A stretch of 64,000 nt of DNA from Fimbriosthenelais zetlandica. Its lineage: Eukaryota. The translations under genes and the position numbers were made by a program. Positions 13,401 through 27,340 of the stretch are shown piece after piece. Position 1 is the first letter of the stretch; every line of letters begins with the position of its first letter. The notes under the pieces were generated by a model. It saw only the letters and a program-made list of their open reading frames with translations, ran no database searches and had not been told where the DNA came from. The stretch lies in the NCBI GenBank assembly GCA_977030845.1, contig OZ365114.1, positions 22,072,001-22,136,000 of the forward strand, given 5' to 3'.

Positions 13401-16400
13401 CTGGCCGTGTTGGCTGTGCCAGTAGGCCTAGCAGGAGGGTTTGCCAGGCCGATAACAGGCAGGCGATAATGCGATAGCCCTTTCTGGTGCTCACCCTCAC
13501 TGTCCTCACTTTATGCTTCCACTGATAGTCTAGGTGTCATCAGATACCAACTGGTGAGCAAGAGCACAACAACTGGTGTCAAGTGTCCCTTCCATCATCT
13601 AAGGCTGATGCTACGTTTAACTAAAAAAGATTGCAGGTCTTACATCGTGTATGTGATATTCGTAATACCACTACATGTTCACCAGGGTACCAACATTAGT
13701 GGAAAGTCTCCATTCATATTGATCAATACTTTTTGCACGAGGTAACTGGATTGCTGGGCTGGATTGCCTAAGCCCAATTATGGATACCACCAATTGATTG
13801 CAGATTGGAAATAACTGACTTCAAAAACTTGTCATCTATGAATATCTGTGTCAGCCCAGTCCAAAATAAAACAAGAAAGAGGGGTATTGAAATCCAGCTC
13901 TGCCCTCATGACCACAGTTGGCCGATGCTTTATGCACTATCTGCTCTTGTTGCCGTTAAGAATCTTTTCATTATTCCATCGGCATCCTGGGGTTTACGCC
14001 ATGTATCCCCTCTAGAGCCAAAAGATCTTACCTCGAGTGGTCCCATAAACATTTAGAAAGAGACAAGGCAGAAGCACTAACTGCAATGGCAAAAAGATGG
14101 GAATCTCTTTTACCCAATCCAGATTCTTTCACTGATAGACCTCCTCTGCCATTTTATACATATTATCTGCTCAAGTAAAGCTTGATTTTACCATCCATCA
14201 CTCCCGTTTTTCATGCTTCATAAACTTAGTCTATATCTATCTGGCATGGACTATATAATTGCCCTCATCTATGGTCAGTGCATGCATCTCATACTGCACC
14301 TTTGATACCCCTGACCCTTCGTACACAATACAATGTGTATGCATAGCTATCAGATTACCACAAAAAGGAGCAACTTTCTGCAGGATCATAACCTTTGCAG
14401 TACATCCTGGTTAAAGGTATTTTTGCAACCGAAGGATAGGGTGTCATTTCCATATCAGAACGAGAGTAATTGGACAGAGTAAGTGTGCGAGCATCATGTT
14501 GGCTCACACGCCTCAATTCTTATAGCAGCAAATTCTATTTGTCAGTGTGCATCATAGACAATTATCAGTATATAGGTTCAGGTGAATGGTATTCATTGGC
14601 CTGCCGGAAGGACCGAGGAATGCCCTATACGGCAGCTCAGGGGTGGCTGTATAGAGAGGTCGGCAGCTCCGGGGTGACTGTATAGTGAGGTCGGGCCAGC
14701 TATATAGTCTACCCTTGATATATGTCCATGGCTGAAGCAGTTGGCAGCATGAGTGAAACAGGTGTTAAGGGGGCTTAAAAATGGAAATCGTGGTCAAGTA
14801 TCGGAAGGAAAATAAAGAGAGTATTGAAATACTGAAAATACTGAAGTACCATCATAATTATACAAAGTTCATTGCCCAGGTCCTGGACAGCTGGTTCTAT
14901 TTTTTCCACCTGCCTGGTTTGTAAATTTGCATGCTAACTGTATGATCGATCGCTCCAGGAGTTGTTCGATCTGTCACAGAGAATGTCCATGAGTACTGTA
15001 CATCAAAACTATTGGTTGAATTTTCATCATACTCTATATCAGATGGTTTAGAAAAATTCCAGATATATGCCCAAATTATATCCACAATAATTGATACTGC
15101 AAACATGCTGAGTTCTGCTTAGATCAGGATTCAATTGCTTCAGTAACATGGTAGGGACAGACAGGAAGTCATTGAGATAGACGACACCTGTAAATTCACA
15201 CTTCTGTTTGGTGTCATCTACCACATGGCAAATACAATACGGTGACTTTCTTCATACAGATTGCTCCTTTGAGAATAACCACCAAGTCATCTAAAATTAA
15301 CTGATATTGTTATGAAAGTGTCATGGGAAATTTTGAACGAGCCATTGGCATCGATCAAGCATGTTATTTATGCCCTGTCTCTAAGCGCCATAATCATGGT
15401 TATAAGCGATCCATAAATCTTTTCTCCTCCTGGTGTCTGGAAGATTTGTTATAGGCCATCCTACACACTTGCCTTCAATACATCATCCCTATCAGAGTCA
15501 ACCTCAGCTCATATCTCACATCGCGCCACATCTTTCATTCTCCTATCAAAACCGTGAACAAAGCCATCTCCCTACCACAGGAAAATCAAGACAGTACTTA
15601 CAGGCACAAGAATTTCATCTGATGGAACGTCCAACAGAAAGTGTTGAGAGACTACTACAGAAATCGATAACAATCAGTGATAAGTCTCATTCATTACTTA
15701 AGGAGAATAGGGAATATAATGTGATTTCACAATGCATATTAAATCTGCAGGTGGAAAAAGGTCTACCCACTTTCCAGGAACATGCCTTTCAGATCTCTGG
15801 ACAGGATTCCATAACAATGGTTTCATCACAATGTTTCAACTTCACATGCTTCAAGAGGCACTTATTTCATCAGCAAGACTCTGCCATTGTAACAACTCGT
15901 ACCAGCAGCTCACTGCTTTCATGATGCACCTCACAATACCAACATCCCAACTGAAACTGACGATCTGCTGTCTCACTGTATGTTCACACACATTAAAAAA
16001 TGTCCATTTATCATCAGATCACTTATAAAATGCAAACAATATGTGTCCTGATTTACTGAATGGTATGCAGAGGGACATCCTCAATATTTGACAGAGGACG
16101 TGTTGAAGAGAGAAGAATATCTCTCTATTCCTGATGGACATGATGGTTTTTTTGGGGGGACTGGATTTCTGAGCTCACCTAGAGCACCAAATTCTATATC
16201 TGGTAGCCATCTCCTTATCAACTTCTGCCTTACCCACTCCGAAACTGGATTCATACTTCAACAAAGATCCCTTCATGCTACAGTCAGCAAAAATTCTTAT
16301 TAGACTCTCCATTCCAACAGCTAAAAAATCAATAGTATGGGTGCAAAGCGTGAACGGGCACACATAGATCTAACCGCCCTCTGAGATTGCTTTGTAAGGC

Positions 16401-18383
16401 ATGGAGTAGACATCGGGACTAAGGATATCTTACTTTTAGTGGGTCAAGCAATAAATATGTTATTAACCTGTAGTCAATGACAGTAAGTTTTGGGCTATCA
16501 TTTTAGATACCAATTAAAGAACTCATCGATCCATGTAAGACAATTAGAAAAAATAGGTTGGAAACTGACTTTGGGTGGACTAAAAACCTTTAATCTCTAA
16601 GATTGAAATGGATCGAGACACTTAAAGGTCGGTCTCAAAATCCACCCATAAGTCCAAGACAGTGTATTTTGAGATAGATGGCTTATCATTATGAACCTCT
16701 ATTGTTTGTCTAGCGTATCGACCTTCTTCATGCCAACTGAGCCAAGCACATCCATATATGACATCTTCATAATTCAGGACATTCGGTCCTCGGACATGAG
16801 GAGCTTGTTTTAATAGTGTCTCAAGATGGAGGTCAGCGTGTGCTGCGTGTGTCAAGCGATGCAAAGAGGGGGGTGGAGTTTCATGGACGCCAAAGCTGTC
16901 TCCCCAGTTATACCCCTCTAACTCAGTCAATATAACTATGACTCATGAGTCATCATTATCAAGATGTGACACACCAACAGCAATCTATTTCACCGCTCAA
17001 GGCACATCCTCTATTTGAAATAGAAGACATTGAATTCTTCCGAAATTCTGCACTGCTGCAGATGGGACGATTCATCTGCCTGTATCCCATGGCCTATTTT
17101 ATTAATAGTAATAGTAACCTAAGATAGGGACGATCGACGGTTGTTCTTATAACTTATTGACAAATTACTTTTTTCAGCAGGTCTGTAAATGCAAGAGAAG
17201 ATCCAGGAGAAATAGATCAAGCCAGGTTGAACGTCTTGAAGATGCTTCCAAGAAGTTTCTGAAGAAAAATATAGGTGTCACATGCATGAAGCATATATAA
17301 ATGTTATCTTTTAAAGTATACGGTGTATACATATATGGGCTTTCGTTTATAGAAAGAACACGGAAGTCCAACCTGTCATCACTTGAACCGGATGCAGAGC
17401 ATTTGACTCATGCCGCACTGTTAAAGATCGACCAATGATGAAAACAGCCTTTAGCACCAGTTTCATTGCCAAAGCCATCATTTTCTTTACTACAGAGAGT
17501 ACTACCCATTTCTGGACAATGTCAACCTTCAGAGATTATCAAATCAAGACAGTACCAATGATGTGTTCACAATTACCCCGACTGCAAAACTTGGTAACTC
17601 AGTAGATGAGAAAGGCAAGACCAGTTTGTCGACAATGTAAAGCGGGCATATAGCTGACCTGCTGTTCACCAAAGACTCTGTCATTTGGTTTTTTGGTTTT
17701 TCTTTAGCATTTATTAACTCAAATCTGCTAAACATCCAGGCAGCAAAGAGGGAAAATGGCATCACAGTGCCCATCCCATGATCTAATTTCCCTCTTATAA
17801 GAAGAATTTCACGCCCGATTCTATTCAAAAACAAGTCCATTCATCTTCAGAAGTCAGAGACTGCTCAGGCATGGAGGGGAAAGGCAGGCTGGACTTGCAG
17901 AAAGAAATTCTTGCCTTGTCTCTGGATATGATCACGTGGACGTGAGATGAGGTGGCGAGAGGTCATGTGGATGGAGGATGTGAATCTATTGACATCCTGT
18001 CTGCCGCGCTATGAGAGCGTCATGTAATCCCTGAGCCTCAGGCTTGTATTATGTCAATTGCAGTCAGACAGCGTAGAGTGTTAGGATGGACATTGATATC
18101 TTAATTTCATAAGGCTCGCCATGTTGAGGATTCCATGATCATTATGACACGATGAATATGATCTTCGAGAGTTGTCCAGTGTCGAGGATAGCAATCAACA
18201 TCCATACTCACCAGAATACTATGATGTATAGCTCAAGCATTTAAAGTTCATCAAGTAATCTAGTGGTGAAATGATATGGGGCCTACAGTAGACAGATGTC
18301 AGTACATTCAATGGTGTCCAGACATACAGATATTATGATTATTATCATTTTGACCTTCAGTTATTTATGGCGTCAACTATATA

Positions 18384-18420
18384 GACTGACTGACTGATTG
18401 ACTGACTGACTGACTGACTG
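18384..18420. repeat. (GACT)n tetranucleotide microsatellite
   Basis: gactgactgactgattgactgactgactgactgactg read directly. Confidence 0.95.
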
Positions 18421-21400
18421 GGAAGCTACATTTTGTAACTTGTAAGCCATGGTATTAGACTCTTTATTTATAGAATGCTTTTCTCTTTGGATTTAGTTGA
18501 TTGGAAGCACATTATAGTGCTCCTGCTTGGAGAGACAACAAGCAGCTCTGTCAGAAGCTGTGGTGGAAATCGCAGGTTTAGGAAAGAGCCAGGAAATATG
18601 ATGGACGGTGTTTTTACTGCGAGACTTGAAGTCGAGGAATGAAGAGGGAAAAAAGGTAATACTTCCTGGGTAAGAGCAATAAAAGCCAGTATGAGAGATG
18701 ATCACATTATCTATTTCCGTCAGATGTGGAAGAAAGTCGTTGGTCGAGGTTGAGGAAATCCCCAAACATTGATCTCTCCACAGTGAAGTAGCAGTCGAGA
18801 ACATCGAACGATCAAAAACCACACACACTTCCAGTTGAGCCCTTTCTTGTAGTGGCTCATTGAAGTCAGGTGTGGTTGGCATAGTTTGGACAAAATCAGG
18901 CAATGAGGGTTGCTAGACAGGATGTCAGTTAAAGCGATGGAATGAGCCGCATCCTATTAAAGACAAGTCATTTAAAGTCAGACAGCATGACAGCTCCATA
19001 TATATCCAACTTAAGAATCATCGCGATATATCGAAGCTATAGGCAATCGGGAGATAAGATAAAAAGATCCATTTGTCAGAATTCTGATTACATCCAATTT
19101 ATCATTTTTTACAAATCCCATATAGAGGACATCTTCTCAGTGTCAAGAAATATTTATATTCAGGTTTGTAATATTAATAACTTTCTGGTCAAGAGAGTCT
19201 ATAGCCTGCTCATTCAGCAAAAGATGAGTGCAGGGGCTCAGTTGCAGAAATCCGCCTCATTCTTCCATATATATACTGGTGGTTTTTGCAGGAATGTTTA
19301 TTGCTAGATCAATTCTGAATACTAGCATCAACTCTAAACTAATACAAGCATCTATTATTAAGCTTACTATTTTGACGGGAAACAGAAATCAAATCATGGC
19401 TGAATATTACAAAGTGACAATTGGGTTTTTTATTTAGCAAGATGTTCAGGCAGAGGACACTGAGGAAAAAGTTCCTAAGTGGAGAAGCTCTGGAAAATAT
19501 GCATGCAACCTTGGTTGCGCCCCAGTACGTGGTATAAAATGCAGGCCCACTGGCAGTAAAAGGCCCTAAGCTCAGGCACGGACAAGCAGCAATGAAATTA
19601 TAGAATGTCACTGCTAGACGGCCAGCCTATGGGATCCAAAAATATTTGTGGAGGCAGATTCGTGTTTCTTGCCATGTTTAGATCACAAACGCAGCCATAG
19701 CTTGTATAGGTATTTACAGGGGGAAATTGATTGGCACCCGGATACGAGGCGTGGGACCAGCATAGTGGTGGGCGATATTGAGGGTTATAGGAGAAATCTA
19801 AACCCCGTTCACATGTGCAAATAATGCTGGAGCCTTAAAGCCTTATTGCTTTAATCTGCCACTCTCCTACCCTTGCGAAATGAATGGATTTAGAATTAGG
19901 ATGATCTGGGAGTACAGAGGTACTGGATAGACCAGATTTAGTATAGAATTGGGGTCAGTGCAGTCAGAACTGTATCTGATAAATATATCTCTTAATTTAT
20001 GTAGGCTAGTTTGTTTTAATTCTCATGTAAGAACAAGTGCAAATCAAATAATTCATGATCGATTGCACTTCTAATATCAGTCTAGACTTGCATTGCTGAC
20101 CTCCCCTAATACCCTTAATCTCATGTCCCGTTAGCCTAATAGGGAGAATGAAAAACCAATTCCAGGGCATTTAAACCTACCATCAGACTGATATAGGAAG
20201 ACATGGCGATGACCATGAGTGACCCAGGTACACGGCGAAGCTTATCTTCCCAACGTAAACTCTCTTCTGCTTCACAAGGACCAAGCAATCGGTGCAACAC
20301 AAACAAACCAAAATACATGACCGAGCAGAATGTGTGATTCATGACTGACAATAATGTTGACTGTTGCCTTGGAAACACATTTTTCCAAGCATGGGCAAGC
20401 ATCTATGATGGGGTTAATACATTTCTCTATATTCTGGACTGTACTTTCTTCTTGAAATTCATGACCATCCGTGGCAAAGCCTCTTGATAACACCAAGAGA
20501 TCTCTGATGAGGGAACAAGTGTATTAAGGGATTGGTTGGGGGCGGAGTCCATACATTTTGATTGACAGATTCCTGTTTGCCAATTGCCCCGGGAGATGAG
20601 AGGAACCCTGACATAGAGTTCTTTCCTGTTAGGGAAGGCATCTTTTGACATGTGGAGATGACGTCTATGAAGGCTGGAAGCCTGTGGAGGTTGTCACTAT
20701 AATTTTTTTCCAGCCATTTATGCCATACTTTGCTGGCATATTCTGGTCTTCTACAACAACTATAGCCCTCAAGTCACAAGGAACCGTTCTTCTGGCCAGT
20801 AAGCAAACCATAACATGGCCAGGACATACTGATAAAGCTTGCTTCCTTGGAGGTATACAAATTTGAGTCCGTTCCTCCATTGTATTTCATCACATATTGG
20901 TCCTGCTGGTTCCTACATTAGCATGCACAGTCTATGAAGTAGAGGTCTCCAAAAATGACCGACCAAGGCGGGACTAGTCCTGTGTCCCAGCTTTGCTTAA
21001 TCCCTCACTATTGATCAAGCAGGAAGCCAGTATTGAAGCCAGGACGGGAAGCCACCTCAATTCACCAGCTATACACTAAGCCCCACCATCAATCCCCTTC
21101 TTTAAAGAGCCCTGTCCGATCACCAGTCCAGATACAGGCAACTTGTACAGTTTTTCCATCTTTCCGCCATGTTTTATAGCCATTGCCTCACAACGATTCC
21201 CATTTCAAAAAAAATTATGACCATGGCATGCTAGCGATAAACTTTTTGTACTGCCTGTCTGAGAACAATGTATACAATAGTCGTAGTTTCGTAACTGTAT
21301 CAGAATCAAAATGTGAAATCATGTGTATATTCAATAAAGTGTTTGTATAATTATATTTTATGCCTGTTACTCGCTTCGAATAGTCAGCAACTACAAAAAT

Positions 21401-24400
21401 ACCAAAAGTTATGACTATGTAGGACTATGAAAACAGAGATGAATGACTGGGGCAGGTTAAGTCAGATGAGGCTAATCCTCACATCAACATGAGGCTAAAA
21501 ACTCTCACATTCACGGCATGTCTTAACAGAGTGAAAGAGGACGTTAATTTTCCAATTTCCAACCCCTAAACAAACACATCACAGCCGTAAGCTAACACTT
21601 GGGTCATGGGCACACTCCCGGGTAATCATGTTTACTAAGTTAAGCTAGGAGTTGCCTTGGAGGAATCACCAGTTTGTCCCCGTAGGATGTTATTGTCTAG
21701 GGCAGACATGGCCTATTTACTGCGGTGTAGTACTGTGTGTTACGTGGTCAAATTGAGCTGAGATTAATTGTAAAAGTAGGACAAAGTAGTCTTTTATAAG
21801 GAAAATTTATGCATAGGATGACTCTGCTTCACTGTTATCGACTTGGCTATAATCAGGACCTTGCACGTCCAAAAGAAAAATGAAGTCATCAATGTATTGT
21901 GAGTAACAGTTCGGGAATAAAAAGGAAAGATGGATTGAGGGACTTCACAGCAGGTATATCTTTGGTAACAGAGCTACAATATACTCCTCCAGTGGAGATG
22001 AAAGTTTGTTAATCATTCATTAAAGCTTTTCGATTACAGTTTTTTATCTTCATTAATTGGTGCCTTCAACACCGGAAATTGAAGTAACTGAACAGGCAGC
22101 ACAAAGCAAATCCTTGGCAGCAGCTTTTTGAATCCATGCCACTGATGTTTAAGCCATTGGCATAAAATGAGCTCATTTACATACCAAATACAGCCACATC
22201 CACTAACAGTGTGTCAATACTTGTTTAGTTCGCCTGCAGTTGCGTGACGGGGATTTGTTCTGGAGTGTCTTTACACGAGAGACTTACATGGGAGCATTTA
22301 GTTCCCTATAATCAAAAAATCATGCACCCTTCATTTAGAAAGGCTTTTCCAAGTCAATGTTTTGTCCACCAGGAACTTAAGTTTTTGTGTGTATGAAGAA
22401 CAAATGCCCATCTACAGTCTTCAATACGCCTACACATCTGTGAGGATGCCCCTATCTGGAAAGGCAATTAGTTCACCTTAAATGTTCTGTGATCATATCA
22501 GGTAGAGTTAATTAGTCAAGTGAATGATCGGAATATAATGATTCAGTAATTAAGTTTCCCATAGCCAGGATGGTCTCTGGGTTTCGGTTAATTCCGCTTT
22601 AATTAAGGAACATCTACGGTTCCTCAAATAACCCTATTTCCTTCAGAACTTCCTGTACATTGTTCTAAATATCCCTCCTGATCCTCTCCAGTCACACCCG
22701 CCTTGGTGACTGACCTTGGCATTCACTGCTTCCAGTTTAACCCTTCAGTTGTATAACTCATTGTCTTTTTAGTTTTTTCTCCTTGAAAAGAATGGAGAAA
22801 GAAACAATAATGATGGGTTCAATCAACGAATATCATTTTGTTTAATGTATGCACGTATACATACAAGAACATACATTTGGTAGACCCAGTCTTTGCGCAG
22901 AAGAACTGACACAAATTTTGCCCAGTGAAAAACTAGCGACAAAGATGTTTCTTTTCTGGGGCACTATTGTCAATTTTGATCTGGTCTTGTTGAAGTGCCT
23001 AACAAAGAGCTTTCAAAAACCTCCTCTGACCAGGCGTCCAGATCCTTCTATCTCCACCCCAGGTCCCTCTATGTAAACCTTGAACCATCTAAAACAATCA
23101 GCTTCTCTTTTTACAAGCCGGGCTGTCCAGGGGATTGCCCAGTCAAACTGACATGGCACTGGCGGTAACTGACCTGGAAGCAGTAAGTGGTTCTAGGTCT
23201 CAGCTTCCAACCCCAGGGAGACAGCTGACACGTCCTACAGACCCTAATGCTCCTAGTATGCATGACACTGTATCCTATTAATCGACATAGCACACCGATA
23301 TACTATATGCATGCCAATTATTTTTAACTTTTTCATTTAATGACGATTTCAATTAAGGTCTGGTTTGAGTCAGAAGACCATGCTGTGCCCCAAACCTGGC
23401 GACAATCGGGATTGAACTGATTGTGGCCATACTGTGGAATGGCCGCTTATAGCTAGTGAGTATGTCTTGGTGTTTTTCGGAAATATGTTCTGCACAATAG
23501 TGGTCACATAATAGTGAGAAGTGGGCTTTAGTGAGGTGGTCGGTAAGCAAGACTCCACTTATGATGATTACGGTGAATTGCTTATCAAGATTAGTTTAAT
23601 TGTAGACAGGTCTTATCTAACAGTGATGAGCGTCTGAAATAATACCACACATCGAAGAATGCCCCGAAGTCTAAACTGAGGGAAGCATATCTATACATAA
23701 AACACACAGAGGACTCATTTCCCATCTCCCCTCCGACCACAGTACAAATACAACAAGCTCTGAAAAACTAACAAACACGTTCTCCAAAATTGACTCCTGG
23801 GATAGCATCATGGTGGCAGGGCGGGTTTAGATTCCCACTGACAGTCGTGGATCTATGACCAGTGGGAAAATGACTCATAGACTAAGGAAGGCGTTTTTGC
23901 TCCTTTTCCAAGCCAGGCGTTCCTCTGAGAAATGTCACCAGCTCCCAATTTCAAACGCAGTTGCTATATTAAACCTTCAGAATAAATGTCCTCACGCAGT
24001 GGTACGTCCTTGGACATAGAGACACATAGGACGCCCATTGCAATGTGCAGCTTCTGCTACGCCGAAACAACCCTCAAAGAGGACAGACATAGAATGGGCT
24101 CTTCGAATCATCAATGTAGCAAAATTAATATTTATTAGGGAGAATCGCGTGAGGAAATCGCGTGAGGAAAATGTCAACAAAGGGTGGCTCTAATGCCGAC
24201 CAACATTATTATGTGACAATGCTGCTCATGCGCTGATAAGCTTGTATAGTGGATAGCTTCTCAAAAGTGGCGATGGATGCACGCTGTCCATTGTAATGGG
24301 GACCAACCTCTCCTGTTGCCCTCCCATCAGTCACAATTTGTTTGCATATATATGGACCTCCATGCATAGGGAACGCCCAACCTCTCACCCAAGACCTATC

Positions 24401-27210
24401 GGCCCTCTTCAGTCTGCGGAGGGACAATTTAAAATGGACCAGCCGTATTGGAAAGTTGTCATGGATCGATAGATGACACTTAATTGGGTTGGTACCCACT
24501 CTATAGGCCTAATATCTCTTTCGGCATATCGGCTAGTTGTGGTTTCCACTAGTGAAGTTATGTTCACCAATGACTGCATAATAGCGGCATGGGGGTGAAA
24601 CCTATAAAAAAAGATGAGAACTCAATATCCTAGTTGATCACTTGCCGCGAAAGTCGGAGCTTGTTTTCTAATCTAACATACTTTCGTCATACCCTATTCA
24701 ATAGACATAATAGCAGAAATTTCCGTTCGAACTGATACATTGTTCCCACGGGGAATTACTGTGTAAATATACATAGATCTACTGACGTGTTAACTCAATT
24801 CAGCAAAATGCCAATTGTTATATAATATAGCCTGAGTAACCATCAATACCCGCTGGGACAATGCCATCATATAGGATCATCCCAGCAGTCAGAAATCCTA
24901 GAAGGGACATCCTTTGAGGAGGATAATCTATCATTTGTAATCTGATAGCTGAGTGAGTTTCTTATAAACAGTACCATTGATTAAGCCGAGCATTTGTGTT
25001 TTGCAGGCAGAGATTGAGGAGAACAATGTACACGCTTGGACCATCTGCCACACCATATAGGACTATAGTGAGAAAAAGAATCCAATACAATCTGGGTGCG
25101 ATGACTGATTAAATCTTGCCTTCCCGACAATATCAATTTTCCTCTTCATGTAATAGGATGGTCTTATTTGTCATCTGAGATTCCCCTATCTGAATCTCGT
25201 AGAGGGGAACAAAGAAGAGAAGAGCCCCGGAAAGCCGCATCTTTGCATGTCCCATCAAATTTAATTCTGGTATTTACATCATAATTGACAGGGCATGTGA
25301 TAATAAACATTCTTATGTTTTTCTCATTCCTTTCTCCTGGAACAGACGACAATTGTATATGGAAATAGGTCCCGGATGTATAGCAGGAGAACAAAAGCCA
25401 ATCAGACATCTCCAAAGCAATTGCCTCCCCGACTTGTGCTGGCCTGCATGAAATTGCCTGCTATTTCCGGCGTAATCTTAAAACAGCAAATCAGCTTTCG
25501 TCAAATCCATCACGTGGGTAAAGTCAGCGAATCAGGATGATGATAGATCGCCATTGCTAGTGTTTATGGCTAGGAAATCCTTCCCCTGAGGTCAGAGAAT
25601 GGCAAATGGAAAGGAAAGTCTCGCCCTTGACTTTCAATCCCCAGACTAGCTTTAATCGAATTGGAAATCGCCGTTGTGAGTTGGTGAGCAATATATATTA
25701 GGTAGCAGTGTTGATCTTAGGATCTGACGGGTCTGAATGACAGTCAGATGACATTTCCCTGTCATTCCTTCAAGCTTTCACAGGTGAAAGCCTGATAGAG
25801 AAGGCTTCAAGCCATAGGGAATATACAAAAGAGGCTTAGCAATTTGACGATCGTTGAGGATGATCGTTTCAGGAGGATGAGGTTCAACTACGAACAAAAA
25901 TGTTGGTTCAGATTTTTCTATTAAGGGAGATGAAAGGAAGCAAACTGTGACAATTCACCTCCTTGCAATTGCTGCTCAAGCAGCCAAAAGGGGCGATAAC
26001 TGATAATAAGCTTATCTATTTAGGGTATATGGACTGACCAAGAGATTTTTCATTGTTAATTTAAGTACTTTTGTAGGAACAGCTGTGCCTCTGCCAAGCT
26101 AATGCCATTGAGGTTAGTTCGAAAGCCGACAACTATCGTCTTCGTATTTTGGGTCCATAGGGGTTTCTCCAGCTTTTAGAGGCAGAATTAGAGGAAGAAT
26201 CCAGGTTGTGCTGAATTATGTTCCTAAATTCATTTTTAAAATTCATGACAATAGAAGCCAGGCCTTATTGCCCAGACATGCCTACCTCCTTGAGATTGGA
26301 GATTGGGGTTGGGGCGATTTGTCTTACTGCATGGCCCACAGACCTCCTGCCTCGGGAGACTTGATCATTTCCCCAAAGAGACAGACTGTATCATTATCAT
26401 ATTTATGAAAAGGACTATGTTAAAGGTAAATCAAATGTGAAGCCCTGGGTGTAAGATAGCCACGTAGGAGACCTTATGCATGGGACATTCGTTTCTACTT
26501 TTAATGTCCTCACATGTATAGGATAGGGCAGATAAAGACCTCAGCCGTATATATGCTCTTTTATACCATCAAGGCAGGTTCAAAGGGAACATGCATAATT
26601 CCTTGCTGAAAGGCTCTTGGGAGCAATCCCTTCCTGTCAGATCCCACACTTGTGGCATCATAAACCCCAGCAGCATCAGCCATCCCAGCGAGCTATAGCT
26701 TTAGGCTTTGCATATACAGAACAACTGAGCCATTTCTCCATCGGGACTGACATGAATTACTTTATGTAAAGAAGGCATGAGCCCCCGGAACGATGGCTAT
26801 TAAAGCGTGACTCCCTATACTAATGGCAATATAATTCGATGGTGCCCGCGACATTTCAACCTTTAGGCTTTTAACCTTTGCTCCGATGTGAGATTTGGAT
26901 GAAAACTGGGTCAGGCTCAAATTACTAAAAATAATAGGTGCCAAGGGATGTCATGGAATCAATCAATAGTAAAGTCATTTTAATGATGCGCTGATGTATA
27001 ACTTCCACACTGGATGCCTGTGACCTCACAAGCAGCAACTTGGGTCAGTTTTAAATGTGATTAAATTTCAATCAGCTCGAGGTTCTAGAGGCCAGTCCAT
27101 AATGGCCTTAATTGTAATTACATTTCAATCAACATTGCCGTAATTTGGGATAATTGATCATTCCCCGTTGTCTTGAACACAGACATACTGAGAAAAACTG
27201 GCGAAGAAGG

Positions 27211-27340
27211 CAAATGTTTTGGCCATTTGACCCAGAAAATAGACAAATGATCTGGCCATTTGACCCAGATAAAGTTGGATGTTTCAGTTTTGGTCCAAAC
27301 AATGGGCAAATATTTTGCCCATTTCTCCCAGACAAACCTC
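27211..27340 (+). repeat. Degenerate 33-bp tandem repeat (3 clear units plus one diverged unit)
   Basis: caaatgttttggccatttgacccagaaaataga (27211), caaatgatctggccatttgacccagataaagtt (27244), caaatattttgcccatttctcccagacaaacct (27307). Confidence 0.85.

Noticed and set aside
15433-15924. Longest ORF in the tract (163 aa) with PTTGKS, Walker-A-like
   Set aside because: Lacks the leading Gly of GxxxxGKS and any Walker B; may be an antisense shadow of a minus-strand frame.
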